From the NCBI RefSeq assembly GCF_000981785.2, contig NZ_CP011304.1, positions 390,001 through 422,000 on the forward strand: 32,000 nt of DNA, written 5' to 3'. This stretch comes from Microcystis aeruginosa NIES-2549 (GTDB lineage Bacteria; Cyanobacteriota; Cyanobacteriia; Cyanobacteriales; Microcystaceae). The notes under the pieces are model-generated. The model ran no database searches. It had not been told where the DNA came from and worked only from the letters and a program-made list of their open reading frames with translations. The first letter of the stretch is position 1. The number at the start of each line of letters is the position of its first letter. The position numbers and the translations under genes were made by a program. Of this stretch, positions 8,260 to 16,241 are shown piece after piece.

Positions 8260-8298
8260 AAGTCAGAGGTGTCAAGCTTCTGACTTTTCGGTTTTTTT
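8260..8298 (+). terminator. Rho-independent-type terminator after tRNA-Glu, overlapping the 3' coding end of the convergent kinase gene
   Basis: The stem aagtcaga (8260-8267) pairs with tctgactt (8279-8286) around an 11-nt loop. It is followed by ttcgg and a run of seven T (8292-8298). Confidence 0.5.
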
Positions 8299-9621
8299 CT
8301 CCCGTTGATGGCTTTTTGGTAAGCTGACGGTGAAAATTGTTCCTCGATCGATCTGACTTTCAACGCTAATTTGTCCATGATGACTGAGGGTAATCGCTAA
8401 AGCGATCGCTAATCCTAATCCTGTTCCCCCGGAAGTGGCAGAATTTTGTCGTGCGGGATCGAGACGATAAAAGCGATCGAAAATATGGGACAAAGCAGCC
8501 TCGGGAATACCGATTCCGTTATCTTTGACGCGTACCAGTAACACCGATTGTCGATCGCGTTTACTTTTCTCCAATTCCACAGCCACATTTTTAGGCTCAG
8601 ATTCGGGTAAAAAAGCGTGTTTTAGGGCATTATAGATTAAATTTGTGAATAAACGGGCTAATTGATCCCAATCTCCCTGCATAGTAAACATTTCATCGCT
8701 GTAGGAAAAATCCTCTTGGTCCGGTTCCACAATCGACAAAGAGAGGGAAATTCCCTGCTTATCGGCGATTAAACGCTGTTCTTCCACCACTTCCATCAAT
8801 AAAGCATCCAAAGGTACAGCTTGCTCGATCGGTTGGACGATGCCACTATCGGAACGGGCTAAAAAAAGCAGATCATTGACTAAATTGCCCAATCTTTCCG
8901 TTAAACGCTCGATCACTTGCAAGCGTTGATGACGAGTTTGGGGATAGGCGATCGCCATTTGCACGTTAGTTTGGATAGTGGCGATCGGATTGCGTAATTC
9001 ATGGGAAGCATCGGCGGTAAATTGTTTTAAACTCTGATAGGACTCTTTTACCGGTTGAATGGCTAAACCGGACAAAAACCAACCAATCCAGGCGACACTG
9101 GCAATCATCAGGCAAATTCCGACGATTAAATCCCATAATAGCTGTCTAATCGGTTTTGTCACCTCAAACCAAGGATGACTTACCCGCAGATATCCCAAAA
9201 CATAATGACCGATTTCCACCCTTTCGGTTACTTGTCGCAGCAGACGATTATCGGATAAGCGAATAGTTTCCCCTTGACGGTGGGGATGGAGGGGAATATC
9301 TAAGGATTCAGCCAAAGTTGACCAAACTAGATTACCTTGGGGATCAAACCATTCCAAATCTATATGATCGTCTTCCACGGATTTACCCTGACTGGGAAAA
9401 CTTGCTAGGGGATCGACGCGATAACGTCCTTGATCCGGGGGAATCGATTCGATCACGAGGGAACGATTTACCACCTCAATGATGTGTTTGAGGGTATCAT
9501 CAATGCGATCTACTAGGGTATGGCGCACATAAAAATACATTCCCGTAGCGAGAAAAAGCAGTAGTATGGCAGTGACAACAGTGTACCATAAGGCTAAACG
9601 GCGGCGAGTGGCTTGGAACAC
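8272..9621 (-). CDS. Two-component sensor histidine kinase
   Basis: The 449-aa protein has two TM helices flanking a periplasmic-type domain. It carries H-box FTADASHELRNPI, N-box LIYNALKHA, G1 VKDNGIGIP and G2 GGTGLGLAIA. It starts with GTG. No response regulator gene is adjacent. Confidence 0.9.
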   Translation of the reverse strand: MFQATRRRLALWYTVVTAILLLFLATGMYFYVRHTLVDRIDDTLKHIIEVVNRSLVIESIPPDQGRYRVDPLASFPSQGKSVEDDHIDLEWFDPQGNLVWSTLAESLDIPLHPHRQGETIRLSDNRLLRQVTERVEIGHYVLGYLRVSHPWFEVTKPIRQLLWDLIVGICLMIASVAWIGWFLSGLAIQPVKESYQSLKQFTADASHELRNPIATIQTNVQMAIAYPQTRHQRLQVIERLTERLGNLVNDLLFLARSDSGIVQPIEQAVPLDALLMEVVEEQRLIADKQGISLSLSIVEPDQEDFSYSDEMFTMQGDWDQLARLFTNLIYNALKHAFLPESEPKNVAVELEKSKRDRQSVLLVRVKDNGIGIPEAALSHIFDRFYRLDPARQNSATSGGTGLGLAIALAITLSHHGQISVESQIDRGTIFTVSLPKSHQREKKTEKSEA

Positions 9622-9941
9622 CGATAATCTATGGATTGGCTAGAGATTTTTAGAGCAATGTATCTTATTTTACAGCTTATTTGAGCGATTTAATGCTGGA
9701 GAATAAATTATTTTTAGCTATAGGGAAAAACTGACGGTTGCCAAGAATAGCTAGACTTGAAGGCTCATAGTTCTTAAAAATTGCCGCTAACAAAAGTATT
9801 TTTAGATACATTCTTCTCAATAATTGTTTGAGTAGCTCTGCAAAAGCAGCCAAAGTGAATTATATTTAACCCTATGGTGATAGGGCTGACAGGAACGGCT
9901 AAAAATTTTTTTGAGCTTATTTGAATTAATAACAAGTATAA

Positions 9942-10415
9942 ATGATGAATTTAAATTATTGGTTAATGAAATCGGAACCCGATGTCTATAGTATCGAGGA
10001 TTTAAAAAAAGATGGTCAAACTATTTGGGAGGGAGTGCGAAATTATCAGGCCCGCAATTTTCTCCGTCAGATGAAACGGGGAGATTTGGCCTTTTTTTAT
10101 CATTCTAATACGACCCCGCCGGGGATTGTCGGCTTAATGCGAGTAGTGCAAACCGATAGGATCGATCCCACACAATTCGATCCCGATAGTCCCTACTATG
10201 ATCCTAAATCCTCTCCAGATTCCCCGCGCTGGTGGACGGTTAAAGTTGAGTTTGAGCGCCTTTTTCCCCAACTGCTGCCCCTAGGAATTTTAAAACAAAA
10301 TTTTACCGCCGATGAATTATTATTAGTAAGGACAGGAAATCGTCTGTCAGTGATGCCTGTCAATCAAGCGATCGCAGTAAAAATTCTCGCTTTAGTCGCT
10401 CGTCAAGGAGTATAA
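9942..10415 (+). CDS. EVE (PUA-like, Thy28-type) domain protein
   Basis: The 157-aa ORF starts NYWLMKSEPDVYSIEDL, then GVRNYQARNFLR and GDLAFFYHSN...GIVGLMRVV. This is the classic EVE domain signature. Confidence 0.8.
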   Translation: MMNLNYWLMKSEPDVYSIEDLKKDGQTIWEGVRNYQARNFLRQMKRGDLAFFYHSNTTPPGIVGLMRVVQTDRIDPTQFDPDSPYYDPKSSPDSPRWWTVKVEFERLFPQLLPLGILKQNFTADELLLVRTGNRLSVMPVNQAIAVKILALVARQGV

Positions 10416-10418
10416 ACT

Positions 10419-11273
10419 ATGAACCAAAAAGATGCTATTAATTTACTTTCCCTGATCGGGGGATTATTAGCTGCTATTGTCATTTTAGCGGCCTTTAATG
10501 CCTATGTAATTATCACCCCCGGACAAGCGGGGGTTTTAAGTGTTTTAGGAAAGGCTAAGGACGGGGTTTTATTGGAGGGATTGCACTTTAAACCTCCCTT
10601 TGTTTCTAGTGTCGATATCTACGATGTTACGGTGCAAAAATTTGAAGTTCCCGCCCAAAGTTCTACTAAAGATTTACAGGATTTATCCGCTAGTTTTGCG
10701 ATTAATTTTCGTCTCGATCCGACTCAAGTAGTGGCAATCAGAAGAACCCAAGGCACCCTACAAAATATTGTCGCTAAAATTATCGCCCCTCAAACCCAAG
10801 AATCCTTTAAAATTGCCGCCGCTAAAAGAACCGTAGAGGAGGCAATTACTCGACGCAGTGAGTTAAAAGAAGACTTTGATAATGCCCTATCGACTCGATT
10901 AGAAAAGTATGGTATTCTAGTTTTAGATACCAGTGTGGTAGATTTGAATTTTTCTCCAGAATTTGCTCGGGCTGTCGAAGATAAACAAATCGCGGAACAA
11001 CGCGCCCAAAGAGCCGTTTATATCACCCAAGAAGCGGAACAACAGGCCCAAGCAGAAGTTAATCGTGCTAAAGGGAAAGCTGAGGCACAAAGACTATTAG
11101 CAGAAACTTTAAAAGAACAGGGGGGAGGATTGGTTTTACAGAAAGAAGCGATCGAAGCTTGGCGCGAAGGTGGGGCGCAAATGCCCCGGGTTTTAGTCAT
11201 GGATGGATCGGGAAAAAATAGCGTACCATTTTTATTTAATTATAGTGATTCTTTTCCAGAAAATACCCCCTAA
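10419..11273 (+). CDS. SPFH/Band 7 (prohibitin-type) membrane protein
   Basis: The 284-aa protein has an N-terminal TM helix and an SPFH core (ITPGQAGVLSVLGK...HFKPPFV). A C-terminal Ala/Glu/Gln coiled coil follows (AEQRAQRAVYITQEAEQQAQAE). The start is 3 nt after the EVE stop. Confidence 0.85.
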   Translation: MNQKDAINLLSLIGGLLAAIVILAAFNAYVIITPGQAGVLSVLGKAKDGVLLEGLHFKPPFVSSVDIYDVTVQKFEVPAQSSTKDLQDLSASFAINFRLDPTQVVAIRRTQGTLQNIVAKIIAPQTQESFKIAAAKRTVEEAITRRSELKEDFDNALSTRLEKYGILVLDTSVVDLNFSPEFARAVEDKQIAEQRAQRAVYITQEAEQQAQAEVNRAKGKAEAQRLLAETLKEQGGGLVLQKEAIEAWREGGAQMPRVLVMDGSGKNSVPFLFNYSDSFPENTP

Positions 11274-11534
11274 ATTCCTGTCCAAGCTCAGAGGCATTTT
11301 CAAAGAAACCTTGCCAACTTCTCAAAATTACCCGGTGATATTATCGACAAATGGCCTTTAAAACAATCTCTAGCTCCTTGACTCTTTGAGGATGAAGAAG
11401 TTGAACGGTGAATATTTTTGATCATCCCCTGGCGAGTCTATTTAGCGTTTTTGGACAAACTGGCGCGATGATGAAAAACAGCCTAGAGCAGTTGCTCTCG
11501 TCGGGGAGTCAATGCTATGATTAGGGATGGTTTT

Positions 11535-11606
11535 GCGGGTATAGTTCAGTGGTAGAACGTCACCTTCCCAAGGTGAATGTCGCGCGTTCGAGTCGCGTTA
11601 CCCGCT
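11535..11606 (+). tRNA. trnG: tRNA-Gly (anticodon CCC)
   Basis: The sequence is gcgggtatagttcagtggtagaacgtcaccttcccaaggtgaatgtcgcgcgttcgagtcgcgttacccgct. The acceptor stem is gcgggta/tacccgc, the anticodon stem is tcacc/ggtga with loop ttCCCaa, and the T-arm is gcgcgttcgagtcgcgt. Confidence 0.95.
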
Positions 11607-11668
11607 TCTGACGACAATGGGAATCTTCCCTAACATTCCCCAACTGGGCCTACCAGAGCGGCATCGCA

Positions 11669-11938
11669 CTACAATTGCTCCAGCAGCATATCGTACTCTG
11701 CATGGGAACCAACCCAGAACCAAATCACCGTATCATCCTCTAATTGACCGACAGCACGATAATCCCTATTGATGCGTGCAGAATAGATGGGCAGCTGTGG
11801 ATGGACTTTCTTGAATCGCAAGCTGGGATAGCTTGGGTCTTCTTTGAATTGCCGATACGCTTTACGGGTCTGCTCTTGAATCGGTTTTGGAAGATCTGCA
11901 AACATCTCCCGAAAACGAGCAGTGGTACAAGACTTCAC
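11669..11938 (-). CDS. RelE/ParE-superfamily type II toxin (putative)
   Basis: The 89-aa ORF overlaps the upstream small ORF by 4 nt (ATGA). The pattern F..F..L....Q.....Y..F..P..PSLRFKK......YSARI..DYRAVG.....TVIWFWVGSHAEYD is typical of RelE/ParE-like toxins, from memory. Confidence 0.65.
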   Translation of the reverse strand: MKSCTTARFREMFADLPKPIQEQTRKAYRQFKEDPSYPSLRFKKVHPQLPIYSARINRDYRAVGQLEDDTVIWFWVGSHAEYDMLLEQL

Positions 11939-12162
11939 AACGTTTCTGGGTCTAATTCTTGAGTCTTGCCCAATCGATGTTCTGCCATTGCTTCGGCTGC
12001 TAGTTTAGCCAGCAAGTTTGGTGAGCGGGTAAAGGAGTCATTCCATCGCTTTTCTTCTTCGAGTTCTGCCAAAATTAGGGTTGCGATCGCGTCCTGTTGA
12101 TCGGTTGACAAGGTTTGTAATTGGGCGATCGCCTGCTCAAGTCGTTCAGTCATAGACAACAT
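11935..12162 (-). CDS. Cognate type II antitoxin (putative)
   Basis: The 75-aa acidic helical protein lies directly upstream of the toxin ORF and is translationally coupled to it. Confidence 0.6.
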   Translation of the reverse strand: MLSMTERLEQAIAQLQTLSTDQQDAIATLILAELEEEKRWNDSFTRSPNLLAKLAAEAMAEHRLGKTQELDPETL

Positions 12163-12364
12163 CTAACGTATAGGGCTTAATATATTCTAGCCTCCACGTT
12201 GCTACAGCGATGGCGTACTGCTACCCAGTGCCTTCAGCATCGCACTTAAACTCACAGCTTTAATACATGGGCATGGTGCGTTCCCCAAAAATCGATCGGT
12301 GGATCAGTAAGACCCCCATTAGGGAACGCACCCTACAAGATCGGTGATCGCACTTATTACTTAA

Positions 12365-13840
12365 TTACTGTTTATTTTGTAATTTTATCACTAATTCTTG
12401 GAAAGGTTGCCAATCATCTTTATAGGTAATGGCTTCCCAGACCGATTCGATTAGCGGTCTAAGTAAAGCGGTTTTAGGATTATAATGCTTTAAAGTGTCG
12501 TCAATTTCAGACAAGGAATCTAGGGGTAATTGATTTAAGATCAAACTATATAACTCTCGCCAACGTTGCCAATCAGCTTTCGGTAAATCCATATTTTCAA
12601 GAATTAGAGAACTATTTTCTCGCCAACCGTAATTAAATTGTTCACTTAATTGATAGAAAAAGTCGTGATAACCCAGGCCAGTTTCTTGGAGAACTTCCAC
12701 AGTTTTGCTGACCAGTAAAGCGGATTCGGGAGTAAAAATATCCTCAAAACCTAACTTTTTGAGCATCATTTTTTGATAATAAAAATTGTAATGCTGGTCA
12801 TAGTTAGCCAAAGCCATATCTAACTCTAACAAGGAGACAACCATGGCCAGGGGAGATTGTAGTAACTCTAGATTTAAACGACAGATAAAAGGCTGATTGC
12901 CATAACTATAACGGCCGCCGTAGTCGAAATAGGCCGCCGTAAATTGGGGGTTATAGGAAGGAATAAAAGCGTAGGGACCATAATCGAAACTTTCCCCAGT
13001 AATTGACATATTATCGGTATTAAGAACCCCATGACAAAAACCTGCGGCCATCCATTGGGCTGCTAATTTAGCGGTTCTTTCAATCAAAGTGGCGTAAAAT
13101 TTTAAATAGCGATCGCTATCTTGGGGATTGATTTCAGGATAATAATAAATAATCACATGATCGAGGAGTCTTTTAATTAAATCGCTACGTTTAATATGAA
13201 ATAAACGCTCAAAAGTCCCGAAACGAATATGAGAATTACTAACTCGAATCATCACCGAAGATCGCGTCGGGGAAGGTTCATCGCCGCGCCAGAGAGCTTC
13301 CCCCGTTTCCACCAAACTCAGACAGCGAGAGGTATTCACCCCTAAACCGCGTAAAGCTTCCGCGGCTAAGACTTCTCTGACTCCACCCTTGAGAGTTAAC
13401 CTACCGTCCGCATGACGGGAATAGGGGGTCCGTCCCGATCCTTTCGTACCAAAATCGTATAATTTGCCATCAATACCCCTAACTTGACCGTAGAGAAAAC
13501 CGCGACCATCTCCCAAAAAAGGATTATACTCGCCAAATTGATAACCGTGGTAACGCAGGGACAAAAAAGGGGTCAGGGATTGAAATTTACCAAAAGCCTC
13601 GATAAAATGCTCATCTAAGGTTAATTCTGGCTGAATTCCCACCAAAGGTAATAAAGCATCATTGCGAAAACGAAGGATATGACGGGGAAAATCTGCGGCT
13701 GCAACTTGATCATAGTATTGGTCCCCCAAGTCCTGCATGGCGCTTTCGTAAGGGAGACTGAGAAAGGGATTGGTGAGATGGTCTGTCATAGTGGTGGTGT
13801 CGATCGAGCTTTGAGGCGATAAAGTGATAAAGATAGCCAA
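12365..13840 (-). CDS. selO: Protein adenylyltransferase SelO (YdiU/UPF0061 family)
   Basis: The motifs [11 protein letters not shown] and [40 protein letters not shown] are characteristic of SelO pseudokinases. The ORF-track start is TTG at 13840; ATG at 13789 (MTDHLTNPF) is more likely. Confidence 0.9.
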   Translation of the reverse strand: MAIFITLSPQSSIDTTTMTDHLTNPFLSLPYESAMQDLGDQYYDQVAAADFPRHILRFRNDALLPLVGIQPELTLDEHFIEAFGKFQSLTPFLSLRYHGYQFGEYNPFLGDGRGFLYGQVRGIDGKLYDFGTKGSGRTPYSRHADGRLTLKGGVREVLAAEALRGLGVNTSRCLSLVETGEALWRGDEPSPTRSSVMIRVSNSHIRFGTFERLFHIKRSDLIKRLLDHVIIYYYPEINPQDSDRYLKFYATLIERTAKLAAQWMAAGFCHGVLNTDNMSITGESFDYGPYAFIPSYNPQFTAAYFDYGGRYSYGNQPFICRLNLELLQSPLAMVVSLLELDMALANYDQHYNFYYQKMMLKKLGFEDIFTPESALLVSKTVEVLQETGLGYHDFFYQLSEQFNYGWRENSSLILENMDLPKADWQRWRELYSLILNQLPLDSLSEIDDTLKHYNPKTALLRPLIESVWEAITYKDDWQPFQELVIKLQNKQ

Positions 13841-13871
13841 AAAATTTTCCTACTGAGACTATCAAACAGCG

Positions 13872-14129
13872 ATGCCCGATTCTATTATGTATCAAGGGGA
13901 CTATTTTCTTGTCCTTGAGGCCGATCAACCTGAACAATTCCAGACTCCCGACCAGTTGCGGGATAAGTTAAAAGATTTAATCAGCGCAAAACCGGAGATT
14001 TGTCCCCGACAATTGGCGAAATTCTCTAGTTTTGAGGAAAAAGCTCTCTATCTGCGCGATAATTACTGCGAGTTGGACCTGGGTGAGGAGGGTTATTTAC
14101 AATGGTATCTAGTGCGTTTGGAAAAATAA
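13872..14129 (+). CDS. CRR7-like small protein (NDH-1 hydrophilic-arm assembly factor family, Ssl3829-like)
   Basis: The 85-aa ORF shows the pattern DYFLVLE...P.QF.TPDQLRDKLKDL.......P..LAKF.S.EE.A..L....CELDLGEEGYLQWY.VRLE. This matches my recollection of CRR7-family proteins. Confidence 0.5.
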   Translation: MPDSIMYQGDYFLVLEADQPEQFQTPDQLRDKLKDLISAKPEICPRQLAKFSSFEEKALYLRDNYCELDLGEEGYLQWYLVRLEK

Positions 14130-14142
14130 GGAAACCCATTAT

Positions 14143-14237
14143 TAAGTAGTTAGGTGTTAAAAACTGTCAGACACCCCCCTTATCAAGGGGGGATTAAGGG
14201 GGGATCCATCTTCAATTTAATTATAACCAGCTACTTA
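14143..14237. mobile_element. MITE-like element, family B (95 bp, short form)
   Basis: It starts taagtagttaggtgttaaaaactgtcagacac and ends ttcaatttaattataaccagctactta. The ends are inverted (taagtag / ctactta). A longer copy lies at 26047-26187. Confidence 0.7.
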
Positions 14238-14293
14238 GTTATTAAGGCAGAGGCAATCAGAGCAATTATCTTTTTAACTTTTTACTTTCTAAT

Positions 14294-14713
14294 TTGATCA
14301 TTATGGGAGAAATAGAAGATTTACTGGCACAAATGAAGGCAGAATACCAGAAACGGGATCAGGAAAAACCGATGCCGTCCCCTTCTTCTCACCAAGAAAA
14401 AGATCGTTACCCAGACGAATTTAAGGTTAATTATGCTGGCGATTCTGCTACCGATGCGCTTTTAAAAGCTTTAGCCTTAGAAAACCAAGAAAGGCAACAA
14501 CAGGAGGCAGCGGAAAAAGAAAAAGCAGCGGCATTAAAACAGCAGCGTAAGCGAGAAGCTTTAACTAGAAAGGCGAAGCAATGGTTAGATAAATTGGATG
14601 CCAAATCGGAGGAAGGACGCTGGTTTGAGGAGTTTTCCTATAGCTACGATTCTCCTTTAGAAGCGGCGATCACCTATCTAGAAGCTTTGGGAGAAGTGGA
14701 TATTTATAAATGA
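14294..14713 (+). CDS. Hypothetical protein (charged, coiled-coil-rich)
   Basis: The 139-aa ORF starts at TTG 14294, or ATG 14303 (MGEIEDLL). A Lys/Glu/Gln-rich central helix is followed by the C-terminal segment RWFEEFSYSYDSPLEAAITYLEALGE. I recognise no family. Confidence 0.5.
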   Translation: MIIMGEIEDLLAQMKAEYQKRDQEKPMPSPSSHQEKDRYPDEFKVNYAGDSATDALLKALALENQERQQQEAAEKEKAAALKQQRKREALTRKAKQWLDKLDAKSEEGRWFEEFSYSYDSPLEAAITYLEALGEVDIYK

Positions 14714-14719
14714 TAAGGT

Positions 14720-15949
14720 CTAATTTAAAGTTGTGGGTAAATTGGCTGCGTCAAAAACTTGATTATGCCACCAAATATTATCACCGGCTATAATATTTGT
14801 GCCGTAACGAGGGACGATGCCATAAACAGTGCCGGGGTCATAATCCAAAGCTTGACTGATGAGATTGTAGAGACGTTGTAGATCAAAACCCCGGGGGTCA
14901 CAATGGGGGTATTTTCCTTGATTAATCAGAAAACTATCCACGGCAAAATGGCTGACAATTTGCGGTAATTGTCCCGTTTGTAAGGCTGCGAGGAGATAAT
15001 ATTTCGCCGTTTGTTGGTATTGAAAATCGCTGTAACCGGGGAGGGGTTGCAAGCGTCCTTTGGTCAAACAGTGGGATCCGGGCGCTTGTACCAGTTCAAT
15101 GTTAACACTGGAGATAACCCGACGATTTCTTTCGGCAAAAATTGGTCGCAAGCGATCGCAATTAGGGTGAGATAGCTGCTGACAAATCGCTTCTGTTGCC
15201 CATAATGCGGTGGTTTTTGCCCCATCAAAGTAATTTGTGGGATATTCTTTGACTAAACGCCTAAAGACTGCTTCTGAAGGCGTATTTAACCAAATTCTCG
15301 CTCTTTTTTCTAACTCAGGGGCCGATCGCGTACTCAAAGGAACACCCGCTAAAGCAAGTGCAAAACCCTTGACGCGGATAGTTTCTGGGGTAAGTTGCCA
15401 CAGTTGACGCACTAATTGATCCCTGGTGTCTGCGGGCAGCATTTCGGCCGCTTGTTCATAAAAAGTGGCCGTGGGACGGTGACGCTCAAAAAAAGGCCGG
15501 GCGATCGAGTCTAAAATATCTCTATCCCTGGAATGCGGTTTGCGGGGGATGTAAACATTCGGACCCAATTTCATCGGACCGCGAGCATATTTTTTCTGCT
15601 CTTCGATGTTACCCGCAGTCATACTCCAAGCTGTATCGTGGAGAATAAACAAGGGAGTGCGATCGATGGTTAATTCGGTTTCTGGCGGGGCAATTTGCAA
15701 AAATTCGGCGATTTTCTGCTTTTCTAACTCATCTAGGCTCTTACCGGCTAAATTCTCCCCCACAGTGGAGGGATTAAAAATATTTATGGTGGCAGTGGAG
15801 AGACTAGAGGTATTCAGTTTTAAAATCAGTAGGGACAAGACTAAACTAATCACCAGAGAAGTCACTCCCCATCGCCATTGTTCCGGGGGAAAGATAGAAT
15901 ATCTAGGGAGAGAAAATTGTCTTGATTTTTGCCGTCTTTGTCGATTCAT
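14720..15949 (-). CDS. Hypothetical membrane-anchored protein (409 aa)
   Basis: A basic N-terminus (MNRQRRQKSRQ) is followed by one TM helix (WGVTSLVISLVLSLLILKL). The remainder is a large extracytoplasmic-type domain with conserved-looking His/Cys/Asp clusters (LFILHDTAW, SHFAVD, YPHCDPRGFD). Confidence 0.6.
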   Translation of the reverse strand: MNRQRRQKSRQFSLPRYSIFPPEQWRWGVTSLVISLVLSLLILKLNTSSLSTATINIFNPSTVGENLAGKSLDELEKQKIAEFLQIAPPETELTIDRTPLFILHDTAWSMTAGNIEEQKKYARGPMKLGPNVYIPRKPHSRDRDILDSIARPFFERHRPTATFYEQAAEMLPADTRDQLVRQLWQLTPETIRVKGFALALAGVPLSTRSAPELEKRARIWLNTPSEAVFRRLVKEYPTNYFDGAKTTALWATEAICQQLSHPNCDRLRPIFAERNRRVISSVNIELVQAPGSHCLTKGRLQPLPGYSDFQYQQTAKYYLLAALQTGQLPQIVSHFAVDSFLINQGKYPHCDPRGFDLQRLYNLISQALDYDPGTVYGIVPRYGTNIIAGDNIWWHNQVFDAANLPTTLN

Positions 15950-16020
15950 CGAACCCTTTTAACTCGCTTTCCACCCATTGTATTGACTTTCTCGAAAAAG
16001 GGAATTAACTATGGCCCGCT

Positions 16021-16241
16021 AAATAAGTCTAAAAACCTTGTTGGATAAGACTTTTAGACTTTTGGGAAATCGAAAAATGCCGACCATTGCAGTGGTCGGG
16101 GGGAAAATTTAGGACTCTCTTCTTCTTTGTGTGATCTCGCGTAGCGAGCGCGTTGCGACCAGTTTAACTTATATAGGAGCGATCAATCTTTGTGTCCTTT
16201 GTGTCTTTGTGGTTCGTTCCACAAAACCCCACACCCTACAC
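16021..16241. repeat. Divergent, inverted partial copy of MITE family A
   Basis: Positions 16021-16065 (aaataagtctaaaaaccttgttggataagacttttagactttt) are the reverse complement of 4081-4125 with a few mismatches. The right end aaaaccccacaccctacac mirrors the gtgtagggtgtgggg tract of family A. It overlaps the menD stop codon (16236-16238). Confidence 0.55.

Noticed and set aside
8272-9621. Histidine kinase without an adjacent response regulator as an unusual system
   Set aside because: Orphan sensor kinases are common in cyanobacterial genomes. Nothing else in the neighbourhood suggests a novel signalling module.
9622-9941. 320-bp AT-rich intergenic region as a possible ncRNA or riboswitch locus
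   Set aside because: I could find only weak short hairpins (for example ccctat-ggtg-ataggg) and a repeated gcttatttga word. There is no convincing terminator or conserved structure, so this is most simply the divergent promoters of the kinase and EVE genes.
11274-11534. Small ORFs or gene fragments between the SPFH gene and tRNA-Gly
   Set aside because: Only 9-41-codon frames without recognisable similarity or RBS are present, so I make no call.
11744-11962. 72-aa forward-strand ORF opposite the RelE/ParE-like toxin
   Set aside because: It is antisense to a TA pair whose coupling (ATGA overlap) and toxin-family pattern are convincing.
11535-12364. A tRNA-Gly-associated integrative island
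   Set aside because: I found no integrase gene and no duplicated tRNA 3' segment downstream. Only the small TA cassette is present, so it is reported only as a low-interest possible mini-insertion.
13710-13937. 75-aa reverse-strand ORF spanning the selO start and the CRR7-like gene start
   Set aside because: It overlaps two better-supported genes and crosses their intergenic promoter region.
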